64,000 bases of DNA, taken from Lingula anatina. Its lineage: Eukaryota > Animalia > Brachiopoda. The translations under genes were made by a program, and so were the position numbers. The notes under the pieces were generated by a model. It was not told the DNA's origin. It did not search any database and saw nothing but the letters and a program-made list of their open reading frames with translations. The stretch lies in the NCBI GenBank assembly GCA_051362555.1, contig CM120641.1, forward strand, positions 24,558,401-24,622,400, given 5' to 3'. Of the stretch, positions 1 to 12,728 are shown in pieces (within the stretch, counting starts at the first letter, position 1; each line of letters opens with the position of its first letter).

Positions 1-263
1 TCCAAGAATAATATAGTCAACAAAGGTTTAGCTTGAATAATAAAACTAGCTGTAAAATTGATCTCAAACTGCATGCATGGGAACTTGAAATGTGTGTTAA
101 TGTTTTCACACAGTTTTAGAGATGGTTTTATTTCACCTCTAGGCTGTAAGTACCTTATGGTGACAAGACTTTCTTGTATCAGGGGAATTTCTGAGAACTA
201 ACGTTCAAATGGCCACCTGTTTGAATGCACGTCTAATATATCCAATTCTTTTATATTTAGAAT

Positions 264-265
<2 letters not shown>

Positions 266-307
<42 letters not shown>

Positions 308-310
308 TTT
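266..310. repeat. (TTTA)n microsatellite
   Basis: Read directly. Confidence 0.95.
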
Positions 311-2164
311 CATAGTGTATACATTTCTAAAATTTCATTCTTGGAACTCTGTTTTGATATACTTTAAAATTATAAATTCATGAGAATGTTATTATTTGAA
401 TGGGAATTTTATATGTATATTTTTTAGTTCATCTATTTATCCTTGTCCCTTTCTCTTCATTACTTGTGAAACATAACAGTAAAGCAGAGAGCAGTCTGGG
501 GTCTGATTTACTCCCTGTGTGAATTGGTCCCCCAGGCCTTATTACTGGTGTAACCCCCAGGGAGACTCCTTAAGAGTTTTAATTCCTCCTTGCCTTTATT
601 ATTAAATCCTGTAATTTAACAGTTGAAATAATCTTAAGTGACCTTGATATACTGTTTTCCTGCCTGACACCTTTAGAGATTGCCTGAGAGGTAGATGACT
701 CAGCTTGAAGATTTAACCACCTGTTGTTAATCCAAGCACCTGTTTTCTTCACATTGCGTAAAGAAAATTATGTTTGGAAGTGCTAAAAAATTTCACCTTT
801 TACATCCAGCCCTCCTCAGCCTGAGAAAATGTAGTAAGGAAAATTTGCTGAAAGATGTGTTCAGTAAAGAATAAGAAACAAATAAAATTTTGTTAAAACC
901 TTCATTATCAGTCTACATCATTCTCAAATAAGGTTTTGAATTATCTTAGATGACTGTTATGGTTAAAAAATGTGTACTTTACAGCCAAAGAATGTAGCTT
1001 AGATTTTTCTCTGTTATAAAATGTACTTAAGATTTGTTCTGTCATGTAAAGAATATCACCTTTCTCCTGTAATCTTCAAAGGATGCAATAGTGACAATAA
1101 TGGGAATTGCCTCCCATTAAGAAAGAATAGATCAGATTTCACTTTGTGGATTTTTTGAGCATGATACATGCATTAGATGTACTCTGTTTCAAGGTAAGAG
1201 AGAAATCTACATAAAAACCTTTCCACAGTACAAAATCATTAAGATCAAAGGTGACAGGAGGAAACAGTTTGAAAGCGCCACTCACAACTTGCCTGGAAGA
1301 AAAGACTAACTGTTTCATGTCCGCAGGTGAAACAGCACCGTTAGACTAAGCTTCTGCGTGGCATAGTAATGATGTTATTACGACAATGAAAGGATGTTTC
1401 TCGCAGTTGGAAAGTAATCGTGCACGTGGCTGAGCTCGTAGGAGATGTCTCAGCCTTGTGTGAGGGGCCGCAAGTGCTTGGACCACTCTGCCAGAAAAGT
1501 CTAATAACTGCACAATGATCCTGACATGCATGGCAAATGTTCTTTTACTGTCCCTATAAAATGAACATAAAATGTCTGTTTTTTTTTTCCTGGCAGTTAA
1601 AGTAAGGTTTTGCGATGGGAAAAAAGCCAAAGGGGGCAGAAGAGAGACTTGTTAGACATTTCCTTTCCCAAATGTTTTCTAGGCCTCCCATCCCTTGCTG
1701 TCATACATTGCTCACATATCTACATGTTTTTGCCTTTTTTCTTTAACATGAACATTCTTGGCATTTCTTATTTACTTAGTTTCAACAACAATCTTTCAGT
1801 ATTTTAATATGAATTCTAATATTCTTGTTGCCTAAGAAATAATATCAACATTTCAACAGTAGGTTATTTTTGTCTACAATTTTACTTAATGCTGACATTA
1901 AAGGCCATAACTATGGTTAAATATAAAAATTAGGATGAAGGATGAATATTATAAGATACAGTCTCAGATATAAATGGTGTGGATCGCTTTCTCTTATTAC
2001 AATGCTTTAATTAGCACATCCTAGCTGAACATTTTATGGAAATGAGAGAGTGAAAAAATATTTAAATGAATTTTTTAAAAACCTAAACTAAGTTTTATTT
2101 TCACTGATTTCAGTTTCATAATTTGAAAATATAATTAAATATTTTAACCATAATTCACTCTCAG

Positions 2165-2347
2165 GTTCCAGACCATTTTCGCATAGTTGTCCAGTCTGCA
2201 CTGCGTGAATTCTTCAAGGCAATCAGCACGAGCAAAGACTTGGAGCAGTCCTGGAAGAAGGCCATCTATAAGGTAATTGCACGACTTGATGCACCTCTGC
2301 CAGATTTCTTCAAGTCACCAAATTGGATGGAACAGTTAGCCGATTGA
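2165..2347 (+). CDS. PROX1: Terminal coding exon of a Prospero/PROX homeobox gene (C-terminal Prospero domain); upstream exons lie left of the window
   Basis: After the acceptor ...ctctcag the frame reads [60 protein letters not shown]. This matches the Prospero-domain end (LREFF...[18 protein letters not shown]). It is absent from the ORF track because there is no start codon. Confidence 0.95.
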   Translation, partial: VPDHFRIVVQSALREFFKAISTSKDLEQSWKKAIYKVIARLDAPLPDFFKSPNWMEQLAD

Positions 2348-5300
2348 AGAATGAAAAGAGAGAGAATAGACAGAAAATTAAAATTGTTATAAAAGAAATA
2401 TTACAGTATCTGCTTTCATTACAGCAAGCTGAAATGTTGAGAGAAAGTGATGAAAAGGTAGAGAAAAAGATTGTCATTAATTTTGCTGGAGGTTGAAAGT
2501 TTTATGAATTTTAGTGTGAACAAAATGCTCAGGCTTTGCATGGACAATTGGTTAATGTGTGCAAAAAATGAATACGTTATAATTTTGTTTAGTTACTATT
2601 AATTAAATAAGGCTTAGTTATTAAGTAAATAAGGGTTAGTCATGAAGATATATTTTGGTTATGTAACCTATTAACAGACTTGGTATTCTGTGAAAGAATT
2701 ATGTTTCCTTATATATATATACTTAGTTGACAATCTTAGTATTTATTTAGTACTTTATTTAGTTTAAATATGATTTATTGAAATATTTGATAATAAAACA
2801 TTGTGTCAGGACATGGAGTAGGCTAGAAGGTACTAGTACATAATTTAACCACAAAAACTTGTGTGCCTCCCCCCCCCCCCCAAAAAAAATTAGATAAATA
2901 AATAAAAAGTAAGAACTATTACATTTGGCCAATGCAATAAAATGATTAAGGTTAATTGTATTACAATCGATAAGTTAATGATAAGAGACTTCCTTTTCTA
3001 ACCTTCCTTTTTACATGAAAAATTTAATATATTAATTACCCAATTCCTGTTTTGTTCAAGCTGCTTCTTAGTACATATGCAAATTGGAAATTTCTATCAA
3101 TAACCCTTAGTGGGTTTATCTCAATTGATGTCTCCAAGTTTTTATCAGTGAAGATTGACATAAAAGTAACTAAACTAGTCATGTCAAACATTGGTTGATA
3201 TCGGTGGGACGCAGAGATTTGGAAAGACATTCTAAATTCCTCATTTGGAATATCTGTTATGTCTGCTCAGTAGAGAAAGGTTTGAGTGGCAGATATGGGG
3301 ACATGCGATATACATGGCAGACGACAGAGGCAAAGATGTGTGTAATGGCAGCCGTGAGACATCCTCTGGCTCATGTTATCTGGAAAACCCCTGTCTTTGC
3401 AGATAATCTGCGGTCTGGTTATCTGAGACTGAATGTCTTCGGAGACAAGTGTCTGCCGAACATGTATTCTATCTTTCTGTAAATGAAAAGCGTCTCTTTC
3501 CATGCTGGTCCTTCAACATTTGCTGACACTTTCATGGTGGTCCTTTGATGTTTCCCATTTTTCCAAATCCTTTGTGAAAAGCACAAATGGCAAATATGAT
3601 TATTTTATATTGATAAATATAATTGAGATCAGTACATATTTGAAGTTTAAAAATATCAAAATCTTATTTTTCAGCAATCAAAATATTAGTAGCCATTCAA
3701 GCACATCCAAGATTTCAAAAAAAATTATCATTCTTCTTACTCAAAAGAAAATTATCGAAACATTTATCTATCTAGTGTCTGCAGCCTTTCCAATGTCCAC
3801 AGATGTCTGTACAGAAATCCCTGCCCTATCCTGGATTAACATGGTTTTACATGATAGTTATTTGATTGAGTCCAGATTAAGATAGGCAGTCCATTAACAA
3901 GTAAGTAGGAGGGGTGAACGATCCTAAGCTAATAACAGATTGGAGAACCATTGGCCTTTTATTATGAAGGCTCCCATTAACAGATTGGAAGGGGGCTTTA
4001 AGCACAGCCAGGACAATAGATTTGATATTTACCACCACTTTCCATGATATCAACTAAAAGAATGTATAGGTTAATTTATTGATTTGCTTGAAAATGCACA
4101 TAGACACTCCCAGATTTCTGTTAGACTTTTTCATATAAAGAACCATTCTTTAATGAAGCTTTTTATCCATTGTCATAAGTTAACATTACTTGTTATTAAG
4201 ATTTGGGCACATGGTGTTTAGAATAAGGAGGTGACAATTTAAGCAAAATAATTTAAAAAAAAACAAGATCCCCTTGTGGATGAAGATATTAAGTAAAATA
4301 GCAGCAGAAAGACACCTGGAGTTAGGAAACTAAGGGTATTCTGTTCATCATATGATAGGTCAAACACAAGCATGCACGCACGCACGCACACACATGCATG
4401 ACCACTTATCAGGTTTCCCCAATCCAGATCACAGGCTTGTCTCCCATTGTAGTATTGTTGTCTCTTGAGTTCAATCAGCCTTATCCAGAGTAATCAAGTT
4501 AACAACTTCAGGTGACAATCTCTGAAGATTATACAAGAACTGCATTGGTGACTGATCCAGTTTCCCATTCATAACACCTTACTGATGTCTCCCTCGTCTG
4601 CTGGCTGTCTCCACATTTCAAACATCCCAAGTCATCGCCCTTGACTGGTATCTTGGTGCCCTTTGCTTCCGTAGACATAAGGGTCAAGAGAACCCAGGGT
4701 TTAAACTACCAGAACAAATAATCAAAAGTCTTATTCGAGATATGTGAAAAACTGTGCAAACACGGCATAGGTATGTCAGCGATTAAGAGACTACAACATC
4801 TATTTGTGGCTTGGGAAATGCTGTTTATATCATTAAACACTCATGGCAAAGTCAAAAAGAAAAAATTGAGACCACTGATTGAAAATAAGAAAAAATAAGA
4901 TTTTTGACTCCCCTTCTGTGTGTGCTTAGTAAAGGGAAAGTTTTAAAATTTTGCCGTACAAGTGATTTTCCTTTATGAAATTTAATGTTTTATTATTGTT
5001 TGCAATTTAATGATTTTAAAAAGTACAATTCAACATGATGGTGATTGAAATACTTTTGCTCATTCAATGGCAATCTGGTCTTGGCAATCTTAATTTTTAC
5101 TTGACTGGCTTTCAATAATCCGTAATACCTAAAACTTAAAAAGCTTGAGTATTGCAGCCCTTTTCAAGTGTTTTCTTAAAAGAAACTTTACTACACGTAC
5201 ATTGTAAAGGTACTAGTCCTTTTGTAAGATTAAAAGCATGGAGGGGGGGGGGAGGGGATACATTGGATAGTGTAATTTTTTTCCTGTTGTATATAAAAAG

Positions 5301-8055
5301 TTTTTTAAAATGGTGTGGTGAAGTGAACCAGTACAAAAGGTTAGCTTGTTGATCATCTTGTGATCTTTGAGTCTATCAAGAGATAGATTTTGTTATCTTT
5401 GCTACATGAATCAGACTGAAAATAAAGATTGTTCCCTTGTCAACCTAAAACAAGACTGAAGTCCTGATCACAGGTTGTATGGGCCTTGATGAGGAAAAAA
5501 AAAGAAAAAGCAATGATTTTAAATTTGAAAATAGCATCAAGAGGCGTTCAGTTCTTATTTTGATGATAATATTAAGGAGAAATAGTGCCTTTTCTCTAGG
5601 ATTGATATAAATGGAAAAGATGGAAAAGATTTAGACAATCATTATGGAATATCCTTTTTTTTTTACTAGATGATTTTATTTACACTTAGAGCCAGATGTA
5701 CCTTGAAAGAGTGCAGCATAAACCAAAGTTGATTTAATTACTTTTTAATGTTTTTTCCATAGGTGAAAGGGTTTTAATTTTTTTAATTTTGAAAAATTAT
5801 CAGTATTTCCTATATGATATACATAATATGTATGTATTTATTAATGGTTGGTGTTAATTTTTGCCATTTTGTAAAAATGTGATATCTTAATGTAGAGTCA
5901 ATTGGTGATGGATGAAATTTGTTGTTTAATTACATATTTTTGTGAACTTATATAAAAATAATTTTTTGAATTATTTCATTTGTTGTATTGATTATTACAA
6001 AAGCTGATTACCTCAGTTGGATAAAACTATGGTTAAAGTTGCCATAAGCTTATTTACTGTAAGTAGGTAGGATAAAGTTATATATGCGTATTAGTATTAC
6101 ATTTTATTTATTACATGTTATAATGATATGTATTTTGTACACAAACACAATCATACTGATCATTCCTGAGATGTTTTTATTGTAAGCTATAGCTAGGTTG
6201 TAGTGCTGATTTTTATCCCTGTCGTACATTTTGAGGATGTGGAGTTTTTTGGTGCTTTTTTTTTTTATCATGGAAACTGACAACAAGACATTATTCTATT
6301 ACTTGTAATTAATAATCAAAGGAAAAGATATCATTGTGAAAAAATAGGTCTCTGTTTAAGCCTTGATGGTTATCTTTCAAAGTACATGTTTGTTTTAAGT
6401 TTCAGATAGGCAAGTGCTACATCTAAATGTGTATTATTCAAACAAATGAATCAAAATTCATTTTAGACATTGTTTTGAATGTGCAATATGGTAATATTTA
6501 GATGTGTCTAAAATCCCCTTCAAGGCACCTTAGCATATTCTTTAATATCTGTGCAATTGAAATGTCATTCCAAATGGATTGTGTTAAATATATTTAGAAG
6601 TAGAAGAAGACATGAAGACTTTTTATAAATGGGTGCTGATGGTGAATAAAACATAATGGTGCTTATTTATGTGTATTAGATTAAAGTACATGTAAAGTGA
6701 GGTCACCCATCTTCCTTTTCTCAGAATTAAATATCAGCCCCAAATTCATTACAAAAAGAAAAAATGGTTAGGGAAAAGAAAAGAATAGGTAACTGAAGAG
6801 CAAAGAGACAAATAGTTAAAAACGCTTTAATGAAAGTTTTTTGTCCATCGATTAAGAACTGATATGATGCTTTTGCTTTATGCTACATAAGACCAATAAT
6901 ATTGTAATACTATTGTTTTTTTTTTCATTCTTTACAATTTCACTGCTCATGCTTCTTTTTTATCAGGGACTGTTAAGATGTTCTATGTCTTGAACATTAA
7001 CTGTCCCTGCATTATGTCAGTTCCTCAGGTAATGTGTGAGAAAAAGCCAATTTTTGAGAAATACTTCTAACTTTAGATTTCTAGATGTATACATCTTGTA
7101 TATTTGAAAATCTCATAGGCAAAAGGACACAGCTGACCCTTACTTATCAGCTGGAATATTCATGCTATGAAAAAGTAACCCTTATGTTATACATTTTTCA
7201 TTAGGTTCAGGTAGAAAAGAAGGTAATTGTTCTAAAAGTGGAAGAGTGATTTGTAGAGAAAAGGCTTAATGATTGGCCAGTGAAACACAAGTGTATATAT
7301 AACAGAATACATTATTCACAAAGTTATATTATAGAAAGGTGAAACTTAGGATGCATATTTTTCAGCAAAATCTGCTGTTATTTATAAATGCATGTTTTTC
7401 TTATTGTTGAAAAATGTTCAATGTAGTTATTGTTGTAGAAAAACTTGCTTAATTTAAAGATATTTTTCTGATGCCATTATATGTTATTGAAGTGTATATT
7501 CCATGGGTGTTTGTCTTGATTTGAAATTAAATTCACCTAAAAGAAAAAAAAGAGAGTTTGCATTTTTTTGTGTTATATGCATCTGTGCATTGTCATTAAT
7601 GGCTCTTTCTATAACATGGAAAATCATTTCTATATTAAATTTGTTATTGGTAACACCCTTCAATAAACACCAGTTTCATCAAAATTAATATTACTTTTAT
7701 CATTTTGCCTAATTAAAAACTTCTCTACAATGAGTCTATTGAATGTGATAATATGTATTTTAAAATTGTTTATTTTATTACTGTTAAAAACAAATTATTA
7801 TTCAGAGTTGAAAAGTTTATAGGTCATAATGGAGGTTGTGAGTAGTGGTTCAGTGACAGATATGCAAATAGAATTTATAGAAGTAGGATTTAAAATATAA
7901 TGATGATGATTATAATAATAAATGATGAACATTAAAATGGAGGCAACCCAACATTTATTAAAACCCATATGGCAAAAAGAAAAAAATCCCTTTTCAATCC
8001 AGTATGACAAATGTTTACTTAGAAGGACAGTTAGCATTGGTTTAGCTTGAAAAAT

Positions 8056-8219
8056 CAGGGGCGGATTTAGGCCGTCTTCTGGGTCTTCCAGAAGACAGTC
8101 AGAAATTTCAAGTTTACATTGATGGGTATCTATTTTTTTCTGTCGGAAGACAGTCAAAAATGGAGGATGACAAAGATAATTTGGAAGACTGTCAGAAAAT
8201 ATCTCTGAATCCGCTCCTG
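8056..8219 (+). mobile_element. MITE family A, copy 1 (164 bp, 5-bp TSD)
   Basis: TIR CAGGGGCGGATT...AATCCGCTCCTG; TSD AAAAT on both sides; internal GAAGAC/GTCTTC motifs; homologous to 39675-39842. Confidence 0.85.
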
Positions 8220-10451
8220 AAAATGATCAGTTTCTTGGTGTCCTCAACATTTAACATTCATCTGGCATTTACTTTTTTATTCTTTTAACAAGTCCTTAAT
8301 GCAAAATTACCCCATATTATGCATTTGAGGACCACTTTTTTAACTTTGTCTTACTCTATGTTCCTTGCATTTTCATTTCATGTAAAAGATATGAAAGTTT
8401 TGAGCTGGGTTGTTAATTTCATTATTTAAGAGATTGTCACACAGTTTAAGGATATAAACACAGGATAATTATGAAGCAAACCGGAAGATGAATATCAACC
8501 AAAACCATTAAAGAAAAAGTCCTTGAACTGTTCTAAAAAAGGAAGAAAAAAAATTCCAAGTAATGCACTCTTTTAAAAGACTTAAAATTAAATCTTTTTA
8601 AAATCTAAACAGCAGCTTCAGGGAATTCATTGATCAGCCTGGTTTCCACTAAGACTGGCCAATGCTTGTTTCTGCCATTAATTGGACTGTAGCACACACT
8701 CAGTTGCAAGCATCCCCTTTTTCCATGCAGCAGCACTTAAAATTAAAAACTCGGCAATGAATTGCTTTAGTGTTATCTGAGCTACCTCCACAAAACTAAC
8801 AATAAGTTTGTTGCATATCCGCAGTTCCTCCATGGAATATTCATGCCAACATCTGTCATCATCTAATGACATATGTTGTCAAGAAAAAAGGTGTAGAAAG
8901 TTGCATGTATACTATTGATTAGAAAATGACTCAGGCTATTCATTTTAAGGTCATTATGTATTTTGCTTTAAATCTACTCAGAAACTATAGATTGTTTTTC
9001 TTCCTTAATTATTTAATGTACTAGTGGCATTACAGTGATAATGCCTCTTTTTCTCTTATGTTAATAGAAAGACCTTCAGTCTCAAATCACATCTTGTTGT
9101 TGGCTGGTTTATGAAAGTAAACAAAAGAAGAAAGCTAGTTTGTACTTTCATTTCCTTGTTCTTTCATGATCAGATGTGCTTTATTGTAAGTATACATAAG
9201 TATTCAAACAAAACCATGACAATGTCATGGCCAGGTGACACAAGAAATGGATTGGTGGGGGGGGGGGGGGGAGGGGGGATAAGGTATTTCAGGTTACATA
9301 AAATATTAATCCCTAAATTGATATTTATCCCAACTTTAATTCTTGACATTTTTCTCATTCAAGTTTAGTAAACATAATGTTTTAAGACAGGCTTTTAAGC
9401 ATCTTACTAGCATTCTATAGAACACTAATTGCTGCACACAGTGCATATAAGATGGCCCATAAATATTTTATTAAACCATTTTGAAGTTACAGAAATCTAT
9501 ATCCATCTTTTCATAAATACATTAAAAGCATAAAAAATTCACAAGAAACTCTATCCTCTTGTCTAAACAAAGGGTAAAAGAATAAAGGAAATAAAGGGTG
9601 CATTTTTTTCACATTTGATTTCAGATTGAATTTTCCACATTTTGCTATTCTCTCCTTTTTATTTACCCAAGAACTTACTAGGTCACAAATGCTGGGCACT
9701 GGTACTAGTTTGACTTCAGAATAAATTGTAGGGCTTGTCATGGTCTTAAAAATGACACCCATTTACAAAATAAATATACCATACATCACTTAGGACAAAG
9801 CAGAGTGGTACATCCCTGTGATGACAAAATGATCAATCTTTTTGTATTCAATTAAGAAGTCTTCAGCTGGCTTTGCTGTTACTTAGTTCATCATGACTGC
9901 ACATTATTAAGCTTAAAATCATCTGCAACCATAACTGATAGATGTACGGTGGCAACACTAAAATTAAGACTTTGTATCATCCTTTAAATTTACTATGTAC
10001 AATGTTTGTGTCTCCCCCCCTCCACGCCTTTTTTTTTTTTTGGGGGGGGGGAGAGTTTATTAATATTCATTTTAAAGTATACTTGTAGTCCCAAACTTTC
10101 ATAGACCCACTTTATTTCAATGTAAGTATATTTTAATGTTTGCATTATCAGAGTTGAACTTAATCTGAACAGAAGTTTTATGAAATACTAGTAGACATAG
10201 GCAGCTAATGCATGTACAGTATAATCCCTCTGTTCTTGGAACATGGTCTCTTGGTTAAGGCAGTGGGCAAAGAAAACACACACATATATATATATATACA
10301 CATATCAGGTATTACTACAATACTTTCATCAAAACAATAGCTTAGATCAGAGTTATTTTATGCCCTCTGACATATCAGTATCTACCAAGTCACCATCTTC
10401 AGAAAACAAAGCTACTTGTTCTTTTACATTAAGTAGCTTCTCTCCATTCAA

Positions 10452-10606
10452 TTGGCAAAATGAAAAAGTTTGCAGCAAAATTGTTGTAATATTGCAGAAA
10501 TATTGCCACAAACTAAAAGTTTGCAAAAAAAGAATTTGCATTGAGTTTGCAAGAAAAAATTAATTGCTGCTAATTTGCAGCCATATTGCAGAAATTTTGC
10601 TGAGGG
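10452..10606. mobile_element. Degenerate TTTGCAG/CTGCAAA-rich foldback MITE (family E)
   Basis: Many inverted TTGCA motifs, ending TTTTGCTGAGGG. GAGTTTGCAAGAAAAAATT is the reverse complement of sequence near 19727-19745. Confidence 0.55.
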
Positions 10607-10989
10607 TTTTAATTGTTCTGTTTTGTAATCACTATTATGGTAAAAGTGTATAATATTCAATTCAATTCATTTCTGTACTGGTACATGTATTACCATGACT
10701 TCGTACAATAAAATATAATAATACAACTGGAGCATTACCATTCTGTAATTGGTATTTGCATTACCAGTATGTAAATGAACATAGATATCTATGGCCAGAT
10801 GTTCAAGCTAAATTACTTATAAAATATTCTTACTAAACAGTGAAATACAACTTCTTGGTTTACATATGTATCATGAACATAATTCATGCAGCACATGGTA
10901 ACAATCATATATAACATAGAAATATTACAAAGAGTCACTAAGTATAAGAAAACTAAAGAAATTCTGTAAGGTTATGTACCCTATCAGCC

Positions 10990-11555
10990 AGGGTGTATAT
11001 GAGGTTTGGGTGGCCAAGCAGGGGTATATAAGGTGGGGATGGCAAGGAGCACGTATATAAGGTGGGGATGGCAGGGAACAGGGGTATGCAAGTTGGGGAT
11101 GGCAGGAAGCAGGGATATATAAGATCAGGATGGCAGGAAGCAGCTAGGGGTATATAAGGTGGGGATGGCAGGAAGCAGGGGTACGGTACATAAGATCAGG
11201 ATGGCAGGAAGCAACTAGGGGTATATAAGGTGGGGATGGCAGGAAGCAGGGGTATATTAGGTGGGGATGGCAGGGAGCAGGGCTATATGAGGTAGGGAGG
11301 TGGGGATGGCAGGGAGCAGGGGTATATAAGGTGGGGATAGCAGAAGCAGGAGTATATTAGGTGGGGATAGCAGTGGGTGGTGTATATAAGGCGGAGATGG
11401 CAGAGAGCAGGGGTATATTAGGTGGAGTTGGCAGGGAGCTGGGGTATATAAGGTATATGGATTGGACGTAGGGATGGCAGGGAGCAGAGATATACCAGTG
11501 TAAGGTGTGTACATCGACAGTGAGTACAGTAGGGAGCAGGGGTATATAAGGTGTG
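10990..11555. repeat. G-rich minisatellite, about 30-bp unit, roughly 17 degenerate copies
   Basis: Unit approximately AGGTGGGGATGGCAGGGAGCAGGGGTATATA. Confidence 0.95.
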
Positions 11556-12534
11556 TGGCTTGTGTTTATTTCTTCCATACAAGTGTCTTGATTTTCACCA
11601 CTAAAGTTTACTAACCTTATAAACAAATACACCTAATTCTTAAAACTAAAAGAGAAATACATAAAATAGAAAGAGATACAGAAACTTCAATTTTTATATG
11701 GCCAGTTGCCTGTTGGAAAAGCTTGGTGAAGATATGCCTAGTTACTCATGCAGTTTCTCTGCCAGAAATACTCTGTATGAAAAACAAACAAGATAAAAAT
11801 CTTCAGAAAACTGCATGTAGCATAAAATGTTTCAAGCTTCTTTAACCTTTAATTTTCCAAAGCAAGATCTGTATTATTGCTACATATACTGTCATTACTT
11901 ATGAGACAATACATCCTTTTTTCTCTAGGTGACTGACTTTGCCTTTTAAAGTAATTCCATTCATTTTCCAAGGAATTTCACAAATGGCTGCATTTTCTTC
12001 TTTGTTGCAATTGAGTGGAAAATTTCTAATGCATGTTCAATTTGCAGACAATTAGTGCGGATACGCCTTCAAGGAAAGTCAGCACATTTAACCCGTTTTC
12101 ACCAGTTATTCACTAACTTTCAATCTTACAGATCACTTCACTTGATTCCTTGCAGCATGAGGATAATATCTGTGTCCAATAAGAAGAGAAACCCATAGAA
12201 TTCAATTGATCATGAGTTTACACTTGACTGCTGGTGTTATTATGTCCAATATTCTTTAGAAAACTTTCAACCCACTGCAGTCATGGAATTTACTACCACC
12301 AACACCTCTAAAATGGCATGATATGATTTCAAAATTTAAAACTGATATCAAAAATATTCAAGGCAATATTCTCGCGTCTCATATATTCAGCCTTCAGATC
12401 CTGATTGATGATGTAACAATATTATTTAAGTTAAGAGTAAAATCTGTGCATATAAAAGTTATGCACCTGCAGCCACATATTTGAGGGGGGTGGCTTATTT
12501 GTGGTCTCAGAGAAGTAAAATACTATGCCGAACC

Positions 12535-12677
12535 CAGGCCTGTAGCCTTTCGAGAGGGGTGGGGTTCTTTTTCTGAAAAAGTGGACCTTTTACCATGAAA
12601 CCTTTATGTACTGATATAAAATTTTATCCAGAGGGACTTTTTACCAGCAAAAGGGGGTTCTTTTGAACCCCCCCCCC

Positions 12678-12708
<31 letters not shown>

Positions 12709-12728
12709 ACACACAGGCTATGGGCCTG
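12535..12728 (-). mobile_element. MITE family B copy with a poly-C/(CA)n expansion
   Basis: CAGGCCTGTAGCC...GGCTATGGGCCTG; flanks GAACC/GAACT; internal GTGGACCTTTT. Confidence 0.8.

Noticed and set aside
3036-3885. Overlapping ORFs in a GC-richer patch of the Prox 3' region
   Set aside because: No recognisable domain. It may be a decayed repeat, but I could not define termini or a TSD.
11257-11632. Pro/Tyr-rich minus-strand ORFs
   Set aside because: They are translations of the 30-bp minisatellite, with no splice or domain evidence.
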